Source: Mobula hypostoma
Lineage: Eukaryota
Direction of reading: 5' to 3'
Assembly (NCBI RefSeq): GCF_963921235.1
Contig: NC_086101.1
Coordinates: 2,046,001-2,108,000, forward strand
Length of the DNA: 62,000 bases
Part shown: in pieces, positions 39,930-51,878 of the stretch
How the letters are laid out: each line of letters starts with the position of its first letter
Numbering within the stretch: position 1 is the stretch's first letter
The notes under the pieces: generated by a model
Told to the model about the DNA's origin: nothing
Databases searched by the model: none
The model's input: only the letters and a program-made list of their open reading frames with translations
Made by a program: the position numbers and the translations under genes

Positions 39930-42497
39930 GAGAAGGTGCACAAAAGGCTGAAAGACCCAAGGGAACATTAGTCACCCGGACCAGATGAACTGCACCCTAG
40001 GGTTCTGAGAGAGATAGTAGTAGAGAATGTGGAGGCCTTAGCAATGATCTTTCAAAAATCATCAGACTCTGGCATGATGCCAGAGGACTGGAAAATTGCA
40101 AATATCACTCCACTCTTTACGAAAGGAGGAAGGCAGCAGAAAGGAAATTATAGACCAGTTTGCCTGACCTCAGTGGTTGGGAAGATGTTGGAGTCAATTG
40201 TTAAGGATGAGGCTATGGAGCACTTGATGACACAGGACAAGATAGGACAAAGGAAACCATGGTTTCCTTAAGGGAAAATCTTGCCTGACGAACATGTTGG
40301 AATTCTTGGAGGAGATTACAAGTAGTTTAGAGAAAGGGGATGCAGCAGATGTTGTATATTTGGACTTTCAGAAGACCTTTGACAAGGCGCCACACATGAA
40401 GCTGCTTACCAAGTTAAGAGCCCATGGTATTACAGGAAAGTTACTGGCCGGTTAGAGCATTGGTTGAGTGGGACTAAAAGATCCCTTTATGGTTAGCTGC
40501 CAGTGACCAGTGGTGTTCCTCAGGGGCTGGTATTGGGACCACTTCTTTTTATGTTGCATATCAATAGATGATGGAATAAATGGCTTTGCCACCAAGTTTG
40601 AAGATGGTATGAAAATTGGTGGAGGGGCAGGTAGTGATGAGGAAACAGGTAGGATGCAGAAAGGTTTAGACAGATTAGGAGAATGGGCAAGAGAATGGCA
40701 AATGAAATGCAGTGTTGGGAAATGCATGGTCATGCACTTTGGTAGTAGAAATAAATGTGCAAACTATTTTCTAAATAGGGAGAAAATCCAAAAATCTGAG
40801 ATGCAAAGGGAGTTGGGAGTCCTTGTGAGAATGCCCTAAGGGTTAATTTGTAGGTTGAGTCAGTGGTGAAGGCGGCAAATACAATTTTCGCATTCGTTTC
40901 AAGAGGACTGGAATACTAGAGCAGGGATCTAATGCTGAGGCTTTATATGGGAATGGTAAGGCCTCACCTTGAGAACTGTGAACAGGTTTGGACTCCTTAT
41001 CGAAGAAAAGTTGAGCTGGCATTAGGGAGGGATCACAGGAAGTTCACAAGGATGATTCCAAGAATGAAAGGGTTATCATACAAGGAACGTTTGATGGCTC
41101 TGGGTCTGTACTCGCTGGAATTCAGAAGGATGAGGGGGGATCTCATTGAAACCTTTTTGAATGTTGAAAGGCCTAGACAGAGTAGATGTGGAAAGGATAT
41201 ATCCCATGGTAGGAGAGTCTAGGACAAGAGGGCATAGCCTCAGGATAGAGGGGGGTCCTTTTAAAACAGATGCAGAGAAATTTCTTCAGCCAGAGGGTGG
41301 TGAATTTGGGGCTTTTTTTTAACCATAGGCAGTTGTAGAGGTGTCACGACACCCGAGCAGGGATCGAATTGCAGGCCCAGTACTGTACACAGTGATATTA
41401 ATTAAGTAACAATTCCCAAGGTGTAAGCAAAGTTGGTTCCAAAGTTCATGCAGAAATCAAAACATCCAGAGAAATCCAAAAACCAGAATCAGGAAACAGG
41501 CAGAGTTGATATTCAGACAAAGTTCAGATACAAATGCTGGAAAGACTCAGGAAAATTCACTGGCACAATCTGGTGAAAACACAGGACTGAAATACACTGA
41601 CAATAAACAGAGAGGCAGATGATAGGTGGAGCACAATGAGACCCAGGTGGCAGCAGTACAGGTAATAATGAGAAACAGGAGAGAGACGGGTATTCAGTAA
41701 TACAGGGGCCGGAGTAGAGCAGGAGTGGGGACAAGAGCACGTGGCAATACAAAACCACAGACTGACAGCTAAGGGAAACACACAAAAAGACAGAGTTCAA
41801 CTGGAGATACTGACAAGAGGCCAAGTTGGGTGTATTCAAGGCAGAGATTGATAGGTTCTTGCTTGGACATGGCATGAAATGGTTATGGGGAGAAGGCCGA
41901 GGAACGGGGTTGAGAAGGGGAAAAAAGGATCAGTCATAATTGAATGGTGCAGCAGACTTCATGGGCCAAATGTTACTTTGTGGATCCAGAACTGGCTTGC
42001 CCACAGAAGGCAAAGAGTGGTTGTAGATGGGTCATATTCTGCATGGAGGTCGGTCACCAGTGGTGAGCCTCAGGGATCTGTTCTTGGACCCTTACTCTTC
42101 ATGATTTGTATAAATGACCTGGATGAGGAAGTGGAGGGATGGGTTAGTAAGTTTGCTGATGACACAAAGGTTGGAGGTGTTGTGGATAGTGTGGAGGGCT
42201 GTCAGAGGTTACAACAGGACATTGATAGGATGCAAAACTGGGCTGAGAAGTGGCAGATGGAGTTCAACCCAGATAAGTGTGAAGTGGTTCATTTTGGTAG
42301 GTCAAATATGATGGCAGAATATAGTATTAATGGTAAGACTCTTGGCAGTGTGGAGGATCAGAGGGATCTTGGGGTCCGAGTTCATAGGACACACAAAGCA
42401 GCTGTGCAGGTTGACTCTGTGGTTAAGAAGGCACACGGTGTATTGTCCTTCATCAATTGTGGAATTGAATTTAAGAGCCGAGAGGTAATGTTATAGC
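39930..42497 (+). mobile_element. Decayed CR1 (to ~41970, interrupted by a solo LTR) followed by a family C CR1 RT fragment (~41970-42497)
   Basis: ORF pieces 40029-40271, 40510-40839, 40932-41222 and 41879-42496 ([12 protein letters not shown]). Confidence 0.85.
41342..41815. mobile_element. Solo LTR (474 bp), probably Gypsy-type
   Basis: TGTCA...TGACA termini; perfect 5-bp TSD AGAGG (41337-41341, 41816-41820); host CR1 resumes after it. Confidence 0.85.
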
Positions 42498-42500
42498 TAT

Positions 42501-43080
42501 AAGGGGGTGGTGGGGGTGGAGAGGGGGTGGTGGGGGGGTGGAGAGGGGGTGGTGGGGGGGTGGAGAGGGGGGTGGTGGGGGGTGGAGAGGGGGTGGTGAG
42601 GGGTGGAGAGGGGGTGGAGGGGGTGGAGAGGGGGTGGTGGGGGGTGGAGAGGGGGTGGTGGGGGTGGAGAGGGTGGTGGGGGGTGGAGGGGGGTGGTGGT
42701 GGGTGGAGGGGTGGAGGGGGGTGTGGGGGTGGAGGGGGGGTGTGGGGGTGGAGGGGGTGGAGGGGGGGTGTGGGGGTGGAGGGGGTGGAGAGTGGAGGGG
42801 GTGGTGGGGGTGGAGAAGGGGTGGAGAGGGTGGAGCGGGTGGAGAGGGTGTGGAGAAGGGGTGGAGAGGGTGTGGTGGGGGTGGAGGGGGTGGAGAGGGG
42901 GTGTGGGGTGGAGAGGGGGTGGAGGGGGTGGTGGGGGTGGTGCGGGTGGAGAGGGGGTGGAGGGGGTGGTGGGGGGGTGGAGAGGGGGTGGTGGGGGGTG
43001 GAGAGGGGGTGGAGGGGGGGTGGTGCGGGTGGAGAGGGGGTGGGGGGGTGGAAAGGGGGTGGTGGGGGGTGGCTGGTGGG
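42501..43080 (+). repeat. G-rich low-complexity tract (GGGGGTGGAGA / GGTGG units)
   Basis: About 580 bp almost entirely G with T/A spacers. Confidence 0.95.
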
Positions 43081-43257
43081 AAAATACCACTAATAACATT
43101 CGGATATTTGATCGTTTTTGGTGAAATCCTGGCGCCGTGACTGTTTTGTGAAATTCCTCCTTGCTCGACCCTGTTGTCCCAGCATACCCTGCTGTAGCCT
43201 CCCGCCATTTCACAGACCCTCAGTCTCTCCCCAGCACCCATTGTTTGGGCATTATTT

Positions 43258-43640
43258 GCCGAGAAAATAAAAATCTTGGATCTTTTGAAAACTGGCATGT
43301 CGCTTGCCAAAGTGGGCCGTAAGGTCGGTAAGAACGAATCAAGCATTCGCACAATAAAGCAGAAAGAAGCTGAAATTCGTGGAAGTGTTAGTGCTACCCC
43401 TGCAACGGCAGAAGTGGTCTCTCTGGTTCGTGATAAAGTGCTTGCAAAGACTGAGAAAGCATTAAGTGTGTGTCTGGAGAACATGTCACAGAAGCATATC
43501 CCTGTTGATGACAAAATTATGCGTGAAAAAGCACTTAGCCTCTCTGAGCACTACTGTGAAGGAGTTGAGGAGAGCAAGACGAAGGAGTTTAAGGCTAGTA
43601 AGGGATGGCTGGCGCTACAGCCCCAAGAACTTAAAGATCA
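43258..43640 (+). pseudogene. pogo/Tigger transposase N-terminal (CENP-B-type HTH) remnant
   Basis: EKIKILDLLK.GMS.AKVGR..GKNESSIRTI...IMREKALSL...EFKASKGWL; no DDE domain follows. Confidence 0.85.
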
Positions 43641-43649
43641 CGGAAGAAT

Positions 43650-45062
43650 CGACATGGCAGACGTACCAAGTATCCTATTATGGAGCCAATCGAAGTACAC
43701 TCCTGAAGTCTCTCAGAAAAAAAATTGTTGATCACGAACTATCAAAAGCTCACATTGCTGCTCTAAGTGTTGAAAATATAGCTAGCGAAAATGCTCTTGG
43801 AAAATTATGTGACACCATAAATGTTTCGCATCCAACTTGTTCAGCTTTTTGTTCTGCATATTATTCAGCTCAGAATGACAGACCATACTCTGATCACCTT
43901 GGCTTATTGGAACTTCAAAAAAAATGGTATTGGCATTGGAATTGGACTGCAATCCTGCACTAGTGCTACGGAGATAATTAATCACCTAGCCATTAACATG
44001 AAAAATAAAATTTGCCAGCATATCAAGCAGATAAATGGCATATTTTCTGTTCTCATTGATGAATCAACAAGCCTGAGTATTAAGACCACCCTAATAGTTG
44101 ATTTGAAATGTGAAAGTGATCAGGAAGGGGATCCCCATTTTATGTTTTTAGATCTAATTGAACTGCCTGATCAGAAAGCTGCAACTATTGCTAAGCATCT
44201 ATTGAACTGTCTCAATGACCATGGGTTTGATGATTGTTACTTGAAACAGAACCTTGTAGCATTTGCTAGTGATAGGGCGAGCGTAATGCTTGGTGTCAAA
44301 TCTGGTGTTGCTACAATTCTCAAGGAACATTACCCTGAAGTGATAATTTGGCACTGTCTTAATCACAGATTAGAACTTGCAGTAGGTGATTCAGTGAGAG
44401 TTCACGGAATAAATCATTTTCAATCATTTATGGACAAATTGTACTCTGTTTACAGTAGATCACCTCTAAATCACAAGGAACTGTCTGAATGTGCCTCTCA
44501 ACTAGAACAACAAATTTGCAAAATAGGCTGTGTTCTGGGCACCAGGTGGGTAGCTAGCTCATTTCGAATAGTTTCGGCAGTGTGGAAAAATTATGAAGCA
44601 CTGTGTTTTCATTTTGAAAAAGCAATGAAGGATGAAACAAGATCTGGGAGTGACTGAAAAACCTATGAAGGTCTATTGAAAAGACTCTCTTCAGAACAGT
44701 TTCTATTGGACTTAGCTCTAATGTATGACACGTTGTATGAACTTGGTTTACTGTCAGAGTGTTTACAGAAACGCACCACTACGATTGTTTATGCAGACAA
44801 ACTGGTCCAACTGGTCTGAGCATAAGGTCACTGCATGGACTGGAAGAGCAACCTGGTACAAAAACTCTAGAAGCTCAAGAGGCAGTTGAAAAGGGGAAGT
44901 TTGGAGAAATTACCTTAACAAGCAACAACAAAATTGTCTCCAATAATTATCTACAGTTTCTTACTAGTCTTATAAACAATTTGCAGCACCGTATATTCAT
45001 GGCAACATCCTTGAAAGGTTCTCAAACTTCTAAACCTCGAAGTTTGTATAAATCCCTGCTGA
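43650..45062 (+). pseudogene. hAT-superfamily transposase remnant (KIAA1586/ZNF862-like), disrupted
   Basis: FSVLIDEST, FASDRASVMLG, WHCLNHRLELAV (CxxH) and TRWVASS motifs. Frameshift near 43920, stop at 44657, cut off by a CR1 at ~45063. Confidence 0.85.
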
Positions 45063-46510
45063 ATAGACAATAGGCAATAGGTGCAGGAGTAGGCCATTCG
45101 GCCCTTCGAGCCAGCACCGCCATTCACTGTGATCATGGCTAATCATCCACAATCAGTATCCAGTTCCTGCCTTATCCCCATAACCTTTGATTCCACTATC
45201 TTTAAGAGCTCTATCCATCTCTTTTTTGAAAGCATCCAGAGACTTGGCCTCCATAGCCTTCTGGGGCAGAGCATTCCATATATCCAACACTCTCTGGGTG
45301 ATAAAGTTTTTCCTCAACTCCATTCTAAATGGCCTACCCCTAATTCTTAAACTGTGGCCTCTGGTTCTGGACTCACCCATCAGCGGGAACATGCTCCCTG
45401 CCTCCAGCGTGTCTAATCCCTTAATAATCTTATATGTTTCAATAAGATCCCCTCTTAGCCTTCTAAATTCCAGAGTATACAAGCCCAGTCGCTCCAATCT
45501 TTCAACATATGACAGTCCCGCCTTCCCGGGAATTAACCTTGTGAACCTACGCTGCACTCCCTCAATAGCAAGAATGTCCTTCCTCAAATTTGGAGACCAA
45601 AACTGTACACAATACTCCAGGTGTGGTCTCACCAGGGCCCTGTACAGCTGCAGAAGGACCTCTTTGCTCCTATACTCAATTCCCCTTGTTATGAAGGCCA
45701 GCATGCCATTAGCTTTCTTCACTGCCTGCTGTACTTGCATGGTTGCTTTCAGTGACTGATGTACAAGAACACCTAGATCTCATTGTGCTTCCCCTTTTCC
45801 TAACTTGACTCCATTTAGATAATAATCTGCCTTCCCGTTCTTACCACCAAAGTGGATAACCTCACATTTATCCACATTAAACTGCATCTGCCCACTCACC
45901 CAGCCTGTCCAAGTCACCCTGCATTCTCATAACATCCTCCTCACATTTCACACTGCCACCCAGCTTTGTGTCATCGGCAAATTTGCTAATGTTACTTTTA
46001 ATTCCCTCATTTAAATCATTAATATAGATTGTAAACAGCTGCAGTCCCAGCACTGAACCCTACGGTACCCCACTGGTCACCACCTGCCATTCCGAAAAGA
46101 ACCCGTTAATCGCTACTCTTTGTTTTCTGTCAGCCAGCCAATTTTCAGTCCATGTCAGTACTCTGCTCCCAATACCATGTGCCCTAATTTTGCCCACTAA
46201 TCTCCTATGTGGGATTTTATCAAAGCCTTTCTGAAAGTCCAGGTACACTACATCCACTGGCTCTCCCTTGTCCATTTTCATAGTTACATCCTCAAAAAAT
46301 TCCAGATTAGTCAAGCACGATTTCCCCTTCATAGATCCATGCTGACTTGGACCGATCCTGTTACTGCTATCCAGATGTGTCATAATTTCATCTTTTATAA
46401 TTGACTCCAGCATCTTTCCCACCAAGGACATCAGGCTAACCGGTCTATAATTCCCTGTTTTCTCTCTTCCTCCCTTCTTGAAGAGGGGGACAACATTAGC
46501 CCCCCTCCAA
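45063..46510 (-). mobile_element. 5'-truncated CR1 LINE (family B)
   Basis: ORFs 46060-46611 and 45153-45740; near-identical to 9777-11220. Confidence 0.93.
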
Positions 46511-46862
46511 TGACAGAAACATTTAAACAAACACAAAACCAAAGAAGCGTACACCAGTTTTCTGCCGCATTCGGGGGTGGTATGGTGGCCTAGCGGTGAG
46601 CATGATGTCAAAATTCCATCAACCCTCCTTCAATTCCGCCGCAGTTTGTATGTTCTCTCTATGAATGTTCCCAAGAGAGGGCTTCGGAGAATGACTACAA
46701 AACAGCTTTTCAGAGTGGCTGGAGGGGACAGGCAACCTTGTTGCATAGGCAGTGATCAGAATAGAGAGATTTACCAGGTGCAGCCTGTGAGGGAGGGCTG
46801 TAGTTATAAAGATAGAAGAGATGTGTTGGTTTTATTGCCACACAAATGAGGGGGGCAGAGTG

Positions 46863-47404
46863 CAGACATCCCACCTCTCCCGGAAGTTCCGGGAGTCTCC
46901 CGCATATTAATAGTGGCTCCCTGATGCCCGCAAATTATATACAATATGACGGAAATCAATTTTTTGAGAGAGAGAGAGCACGCGAGAGTGAGAGAGAGCA
47001 AGAGAGTGAGTGAGAGAGAGAGAGCGTGAGAGAGAGCGCGCGCGTATGCGCCATCGCAGAATGTTCCAAAAAAAGAAAATATAAAACGTACGTCATCCCA
47101 GACTACACTAAAGTGTACCCCTGCCTAATAGGGGTCAAAATAATGACAGTGTTGCTCGCTGCACTGTTTGCAACAGTGACTTTTCTATTACCCATGGTGG
47201 GTTAAAATGTATTAAGACATGTTGAGGTGAGTTTAACAGGTGTCATCCGTTCATTAGCATAGCTAACGTTATTTAAGCTAGCTGGCTGGCTGCTAAGGAG
47301 CTACTCTATTGCAGACATCCCACCTCTCCCGGAAGTTCCGGGAGTCTCCCGCAAATTGATGGTGCTACCTCCCTGAAATGAGTTTTTGCAGGGTGGGATG
47401 TCTG
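46863..47404. mobile_element. MITE (non-autonomous DNA transposon, possibly hAT) with 6-bp TSD
   Basis: TIR CAGACATCCCACC...GGTGGGATGTCTG; AGAGTG on both flanks (46857-46862, 47405-47410); internal second copy of the left end at ~47312; internal (GA)n. Confidence 0.85.
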
Positions 47405-47917
47405 AGAGTGGGTACCATCCGTCACCCCCCTTGTTCCAGACAGAATCATTTCCAGGGCAGGGGAGTGTCGAACGAGAAGGCCCGGAGTGAGGAGAAGGAG
47501 CTTGCTCACTAGAAGGGTAATGGCTGATGGAGGACAAAGCAAAGGCACATACTAGACAGGTACTTGACTAGGAAAGGAGTAGCAACACCATGGCCACTTT
47601 TCACTAAAATCGAGTTTGGTTTGTTCTAATCTATTTTTCTTGTGAAAACTGAGGCTGCTGCAGTTACGATTTCCATTACAATTGTGCATCCACCTATTTG
47701 TGCAGGTGAGAGTGAACAACTTTTGAAAGGTCATAGGGTGTGAGATTTGTGCAGAGAGGTCTCAAGGACAAAACAGGACTATTTCTGCACCATCTCAGGT
47801 CAAAGAGTGATGGCTGCATTGAAAACAACTTCTACTGGAAATCTTTTATATATTTCATCAGATAAGAAAGAGGATAATCTGCCAATCACAGACACAAAAG
47901 ACAAAAATCAAACTTAC

Positions 47918-48034
47918 AGCCATCTGACCAAAGATGCTGACATCGACCCACCAATTTTCCAATAAATGTTGCCACAGGTAAGAGCATAAAGATCAGCGAA
48001 AAGACCAGCAGAAGCACGGTCTCAATACCCCAGC
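47918..48034 (-). CDS. CD47-like gene: 117-nt TM exon (G)WGIETVLLLVFSLIFMLLPVATFIGKLVGRCQHLWSDG
   Basis: ttcccatcttctgcAG ... GCT|GTAAGT; phase 1/1, open, one hydrophobic helix. Not in the ORF track. Confidence 0.85.
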
Positions 48035-48749
48035 CTGCAGAAGATGGGAATTACTGGAGTCACATTTCCTTATTTATCTGCCAAATACATCTTTTAAAAA
48101 GCTACAGTAGATTTCATGAACACCTTCCAGTTTCATAAATCCATTTTAACTTCGTCCTGCCGAAGGGTCTCAGCCTGACGTATCAGCTGTATATTTTCCA
48201 AAGATGCTGACTGGTCTGCTGAGTTCCTCCAGTATTTTGCGTGTGTTGCTCAGATTTCCAGCATCTGCAGATTTTCTTTGTTTAACTTGTTTTGTTGTGT
48301 TTATGTTTTTATTATCATGCTCTTTGTCCTTTGGGGCACCCCAGTAGCGTAACAGTTGTGTGACACTCGTACACCTCATGGCATTCTGGTGTTCCGAGTT
48401 CAATTCCTGCGTCGCTCTTTCAGGAGTCAGCTTTCCCCAGGCACCCCGGTTTCCTCCCACGGTCCAACGACTGACTGGGGAGGTTAGTTGCTCTTTGTAA
48501 ATTGTCCCATGGTTAAGTTAAGTTTAAGCGGATTTGTGGGGTTACTGGGGCAGTGTGGCTCAAAGGGGCTGGAAGGGCCACGCTCCATGGCATCACGAGA
48601 TAAATAAATCAATCCTATTGGGGTTCTTGCGTTATAGCGGATCAGTAACAATTATAAATAAATCAATCCTATTGGGGTCCTTGGGTTATAGCAGATCAGG
48701 AGTAACAATTATTTTGTTCTCATTTACACTTGTGTACTGGAAATGACCT

Positions 48750-50620
48750 GTATTTTCTCCCCGTTTAGAAAATAGTCCACACATTTATTTCTACTACCAA
48801 AGTGCACGACCATGCATTTTCCAACACTGGATTTCATTTGCCACTTTCTTGGCCATTCTCCTAATCTGTCTTAAGTCCCTCTGCATCCTACGTGTTTCCT
48901 CAACACTCCCTGCCCCTCCACCAACCTTCACATCATCTGCAAACTTGGCACAATGCCATCTATTCCATCAGCTAAATCATTGATATACAGCATAAAAAGA
49001 AGTGGTCCCAACCCCGACCCCTGCGGAACACCACTAGTCACTGGCAGCCAACCAGAGAAGGATCATTTTATTCCCACTCACTGCCTCCTACCAATCAGCC
49101 AATGCTCTAACTATGTTAGTAAATTTCCTGTAATACCACAGGATCTTAACTTGGTTAGCAGCCTCATGTGTGGCACCTTGTCAAAGACCTTCTGAAAGTC
49201 CACATATACAACATCCACTGCATCCCCTTTACCTACCCCACTTGTAATCTCCTCAAAGAATTCCAACAGGTTCATCAGGCGGGATTTTCCCTGAAGGAAA
49301 CCATGTTGACTTTGTCCTATCTTGTCCTGTGTCACCAAGTACTCCTTAACCTCATCCTTAACAATTGATTCTAACATCTTCCCAGTCACTGAGGTCAGGC
49401 TAACTGATCTATAATTTCCTTACTTCTGCCTTCCTCCTTTCTTAAAGAGTGGAATGACATCTGCCTTTTTCCAGTCCTTTGGCACCATGCCAGAGTTCAA
49501 TGATTTTTGAAAGATCAATTCTAATGCCACCACAATCTCTAATGCTACCTCTTTCAGAACCCTAGGGTGCAGTTCATCTGGTCCGGGAGACTTATGTACC
49601 TTTAGGTCTTTCAGCTTTTAGAGCACCTTCTCTCTTGTAACAGTAACTGCACCCACTTCTCTTCCTTCACACACTACATCTTCAAGAATACTGCTAGTGT
49701 CTCCACAGTGAAGATCAGTGCAAAGTACTCATTTAGTTCATCAGCCATCTCTTTGTCCCGTTATTATTTCTCCTGTAGTTTCCATTTTCTAGCGATCCTA
49801 TATCCACTCTCATTTCTCTTTTATTTTTAACATATTTGAAAGAGCTTTTACTATCCACATTGATACTGTTTGCCAGCTTGCTTTCATATTTCATCTTTTC
49901 CCTTCTAATTATTTTTTTAGTTGCTCTCTGTAGATTTTTAAAAACTTCTCAAACCTCTATCTTCCCACTAATTTTTGCTTTGTAGTATGCCCTTTCTTTT
50001 GCTTTTAAAATGGCTTTGATTTACTTATCAGCCATGGTTGTACTATTTTACCATTTGAGTATTTCTTCATTTTTTGGTTTTCCCAGAAACGCACACCATA
50101 GCCACTCTGCTGACATGCCTGCCAGCAGCTCCTTCCAATTTACTTTGGCCAACTCCTCTCTCATACCACTGCAATTTCCCTTACTCCACTGAAATACTGC
50201 TACATCAGACTTCACTTTCTCCCTTTCAAGTTGATTTCAATTTCAAGTTGAACGCAGTCATATTGTGATCACTGGTTCTTAAGGGTTCTTTCACCTTAAG
50301 CTCCCTAATCACCTCTGGTTCATTACATAACACTAAACCAGTGAAGCTGATCCCCTAGCGGGCTCAATGACAAACTGCTCTAAAAAGACATCTCGTAAGC
50401 ATTCAACAAACTCACCCTCTTGAGATCCATTACCAACCTGATTTTCCCAATCGCTCTGCATATTAAAATCTCCCATGACTACCATAACATTGCCCTTTTG
50501 ACTCGCCTTTTCTATTTCCTGTTGTAACCTGTGGTCTACCTCCCAGACACTGTTGGGAGGCCTGTATATAACTGCCATCGATGTCTTTTTACCCTCGCGA
50601 TTTCTTAACCCTCTCTCACA
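48750..50620 (-). mobile_element. Decayed CR1 (endonuclease to RT)
   Basis: ORFs 50333-50635 (YRPP, MGDFN) and 49111-49389. Confidence 0.85.
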
Positions 50621-51580
50621 CTCAACTGGTTTCACCTGTCAGTTCCCAGTTTCTCACTTTATCCACCCCCCCCACACACACACTCACCTGGTTTCACCTG
50701 TCAGTTCCCAGTTTCTCACTTTATCCACCCCCCCCACACACACTCACCTGTCAATTCCCAGTTTCTCACTTCATCCACCCCCCCACACACACTCACCTGG
50801 TTTCACCTGTCAGTTCCCAGTTTCTTACTTTATCCACCCCCCCCACACACTCACCTGTCAATTCCCAGTTTCTCACTTCATCCACCCCCCCACACACACT
50901 CACCTGGTTTCACCTGTCAGTTCCCAGTTTCTCACTTTATCCACCCCCCCCACACACTCACCTGTCAATTCCCAGTTTCTCACTCATCCCCACCCCACAC
51001 ACTCACCTGTCAATTCCCAGTTTCTCACTTCATCCACCCCCCCACACACACTCACCTGGTTTCACCTGTCAGTTCCCAGTTTCTTACTTTATCCACCCCC
51101 CCCCCACACACTCACCTGTCAATTCCCAGTTTCTCACTTCATCCACCCCCCCACACACACTCACCTGGTTTCACCTGTCAGTTCCCAGTTTCTTACTTTA
51201 TCCACCCCCCCCCCACACACTCACCTGTCAATTCCCAGTTTCTCACTTCATCCACCCCCCCACACACACTCACCTGGTTTCACCTGTCAGTTCCCAGTTT
51301 CTCACTTTATCCACCCCCCCCACACACTCACCTGTCAATTCCCAGTTTCTCACTCATCCCCACCCCACACACTCAGCTGGTTTCACCTGTCTGCTCCCAC
51401 TTTCTCATTTAATTCCCCCCCACACACTCACCTGTCAATTCCCAGTTTCTCACTCATCCCCCCCCCACACACTCACCTGTCAATTCCCAGTTTCTCACTC
51501 ATCCCCACCCCACACACTCAGCTGGTTTCACCTGTCTGCTCCCACTTTCTCATTTAATTCCCCCCCACACACACACACTC
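50620..51580. repeat. Minisatellite with alternating ~60-bp and ~48-bp units
   Basis: Repeats of ACTCACCTG(GTTTCACCTG)TCA(G/A)TTCCCAGTTTCTCACTT..TCCACCCCCCCACAC. Confidence 0.95.
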
Positions 51581-51878
51581 ACCAGCCAGCTTGTCCTCCT
51601 TCATCCACCTTCTTATTGTGGTGTCGTTCTTTTGTTGAGTTTCAGAACCTTTCATGTGTGCTGATATCCCTCGCATGTCTACTTGCCCACACCTGTTGTC
51701 GTCTCTTCATCAAACGCTTGATGTTTTCCTTGCTGAAATCTAAAATGCTCTCAGCCTCACAGCTGATGTTTTTTTCTAGCATTGTTACATCTCCTGTCAC
51801 TCAAACTATTATTGATCTTAATTTCCCCTGTAGGCCAAGGTGGGTGGTCATATTTAAAAATATAGTCAGGATAATTAC

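Noticed and set aside
42471..43514. Long Pro/His-rich and Gly-rich ORFs
   Set aside because: Artefacts of the stop-free G-rich tract, open in several frames on both strands.
43821..44657. Functional KIAA1586/ZNF862 host gene
   Set aside because: Frameshifted, stop-interrupted, truncated by a CR1 and intronic to another gene; treated as a transposase relic.
47415..47525. Possible minus-strand exon ITLLVSKLLLLTPGLL...
   Set aside because: Weak donor, not a full TM helix, and not needed for the spliced frame; cannot be excluded without RNA data.
47560..47693. Possible extra minus-strand exon (GCTIVMEIVTAAASVF...)
   Set aside because: In the required phase it reaches a TAG before any good donor.
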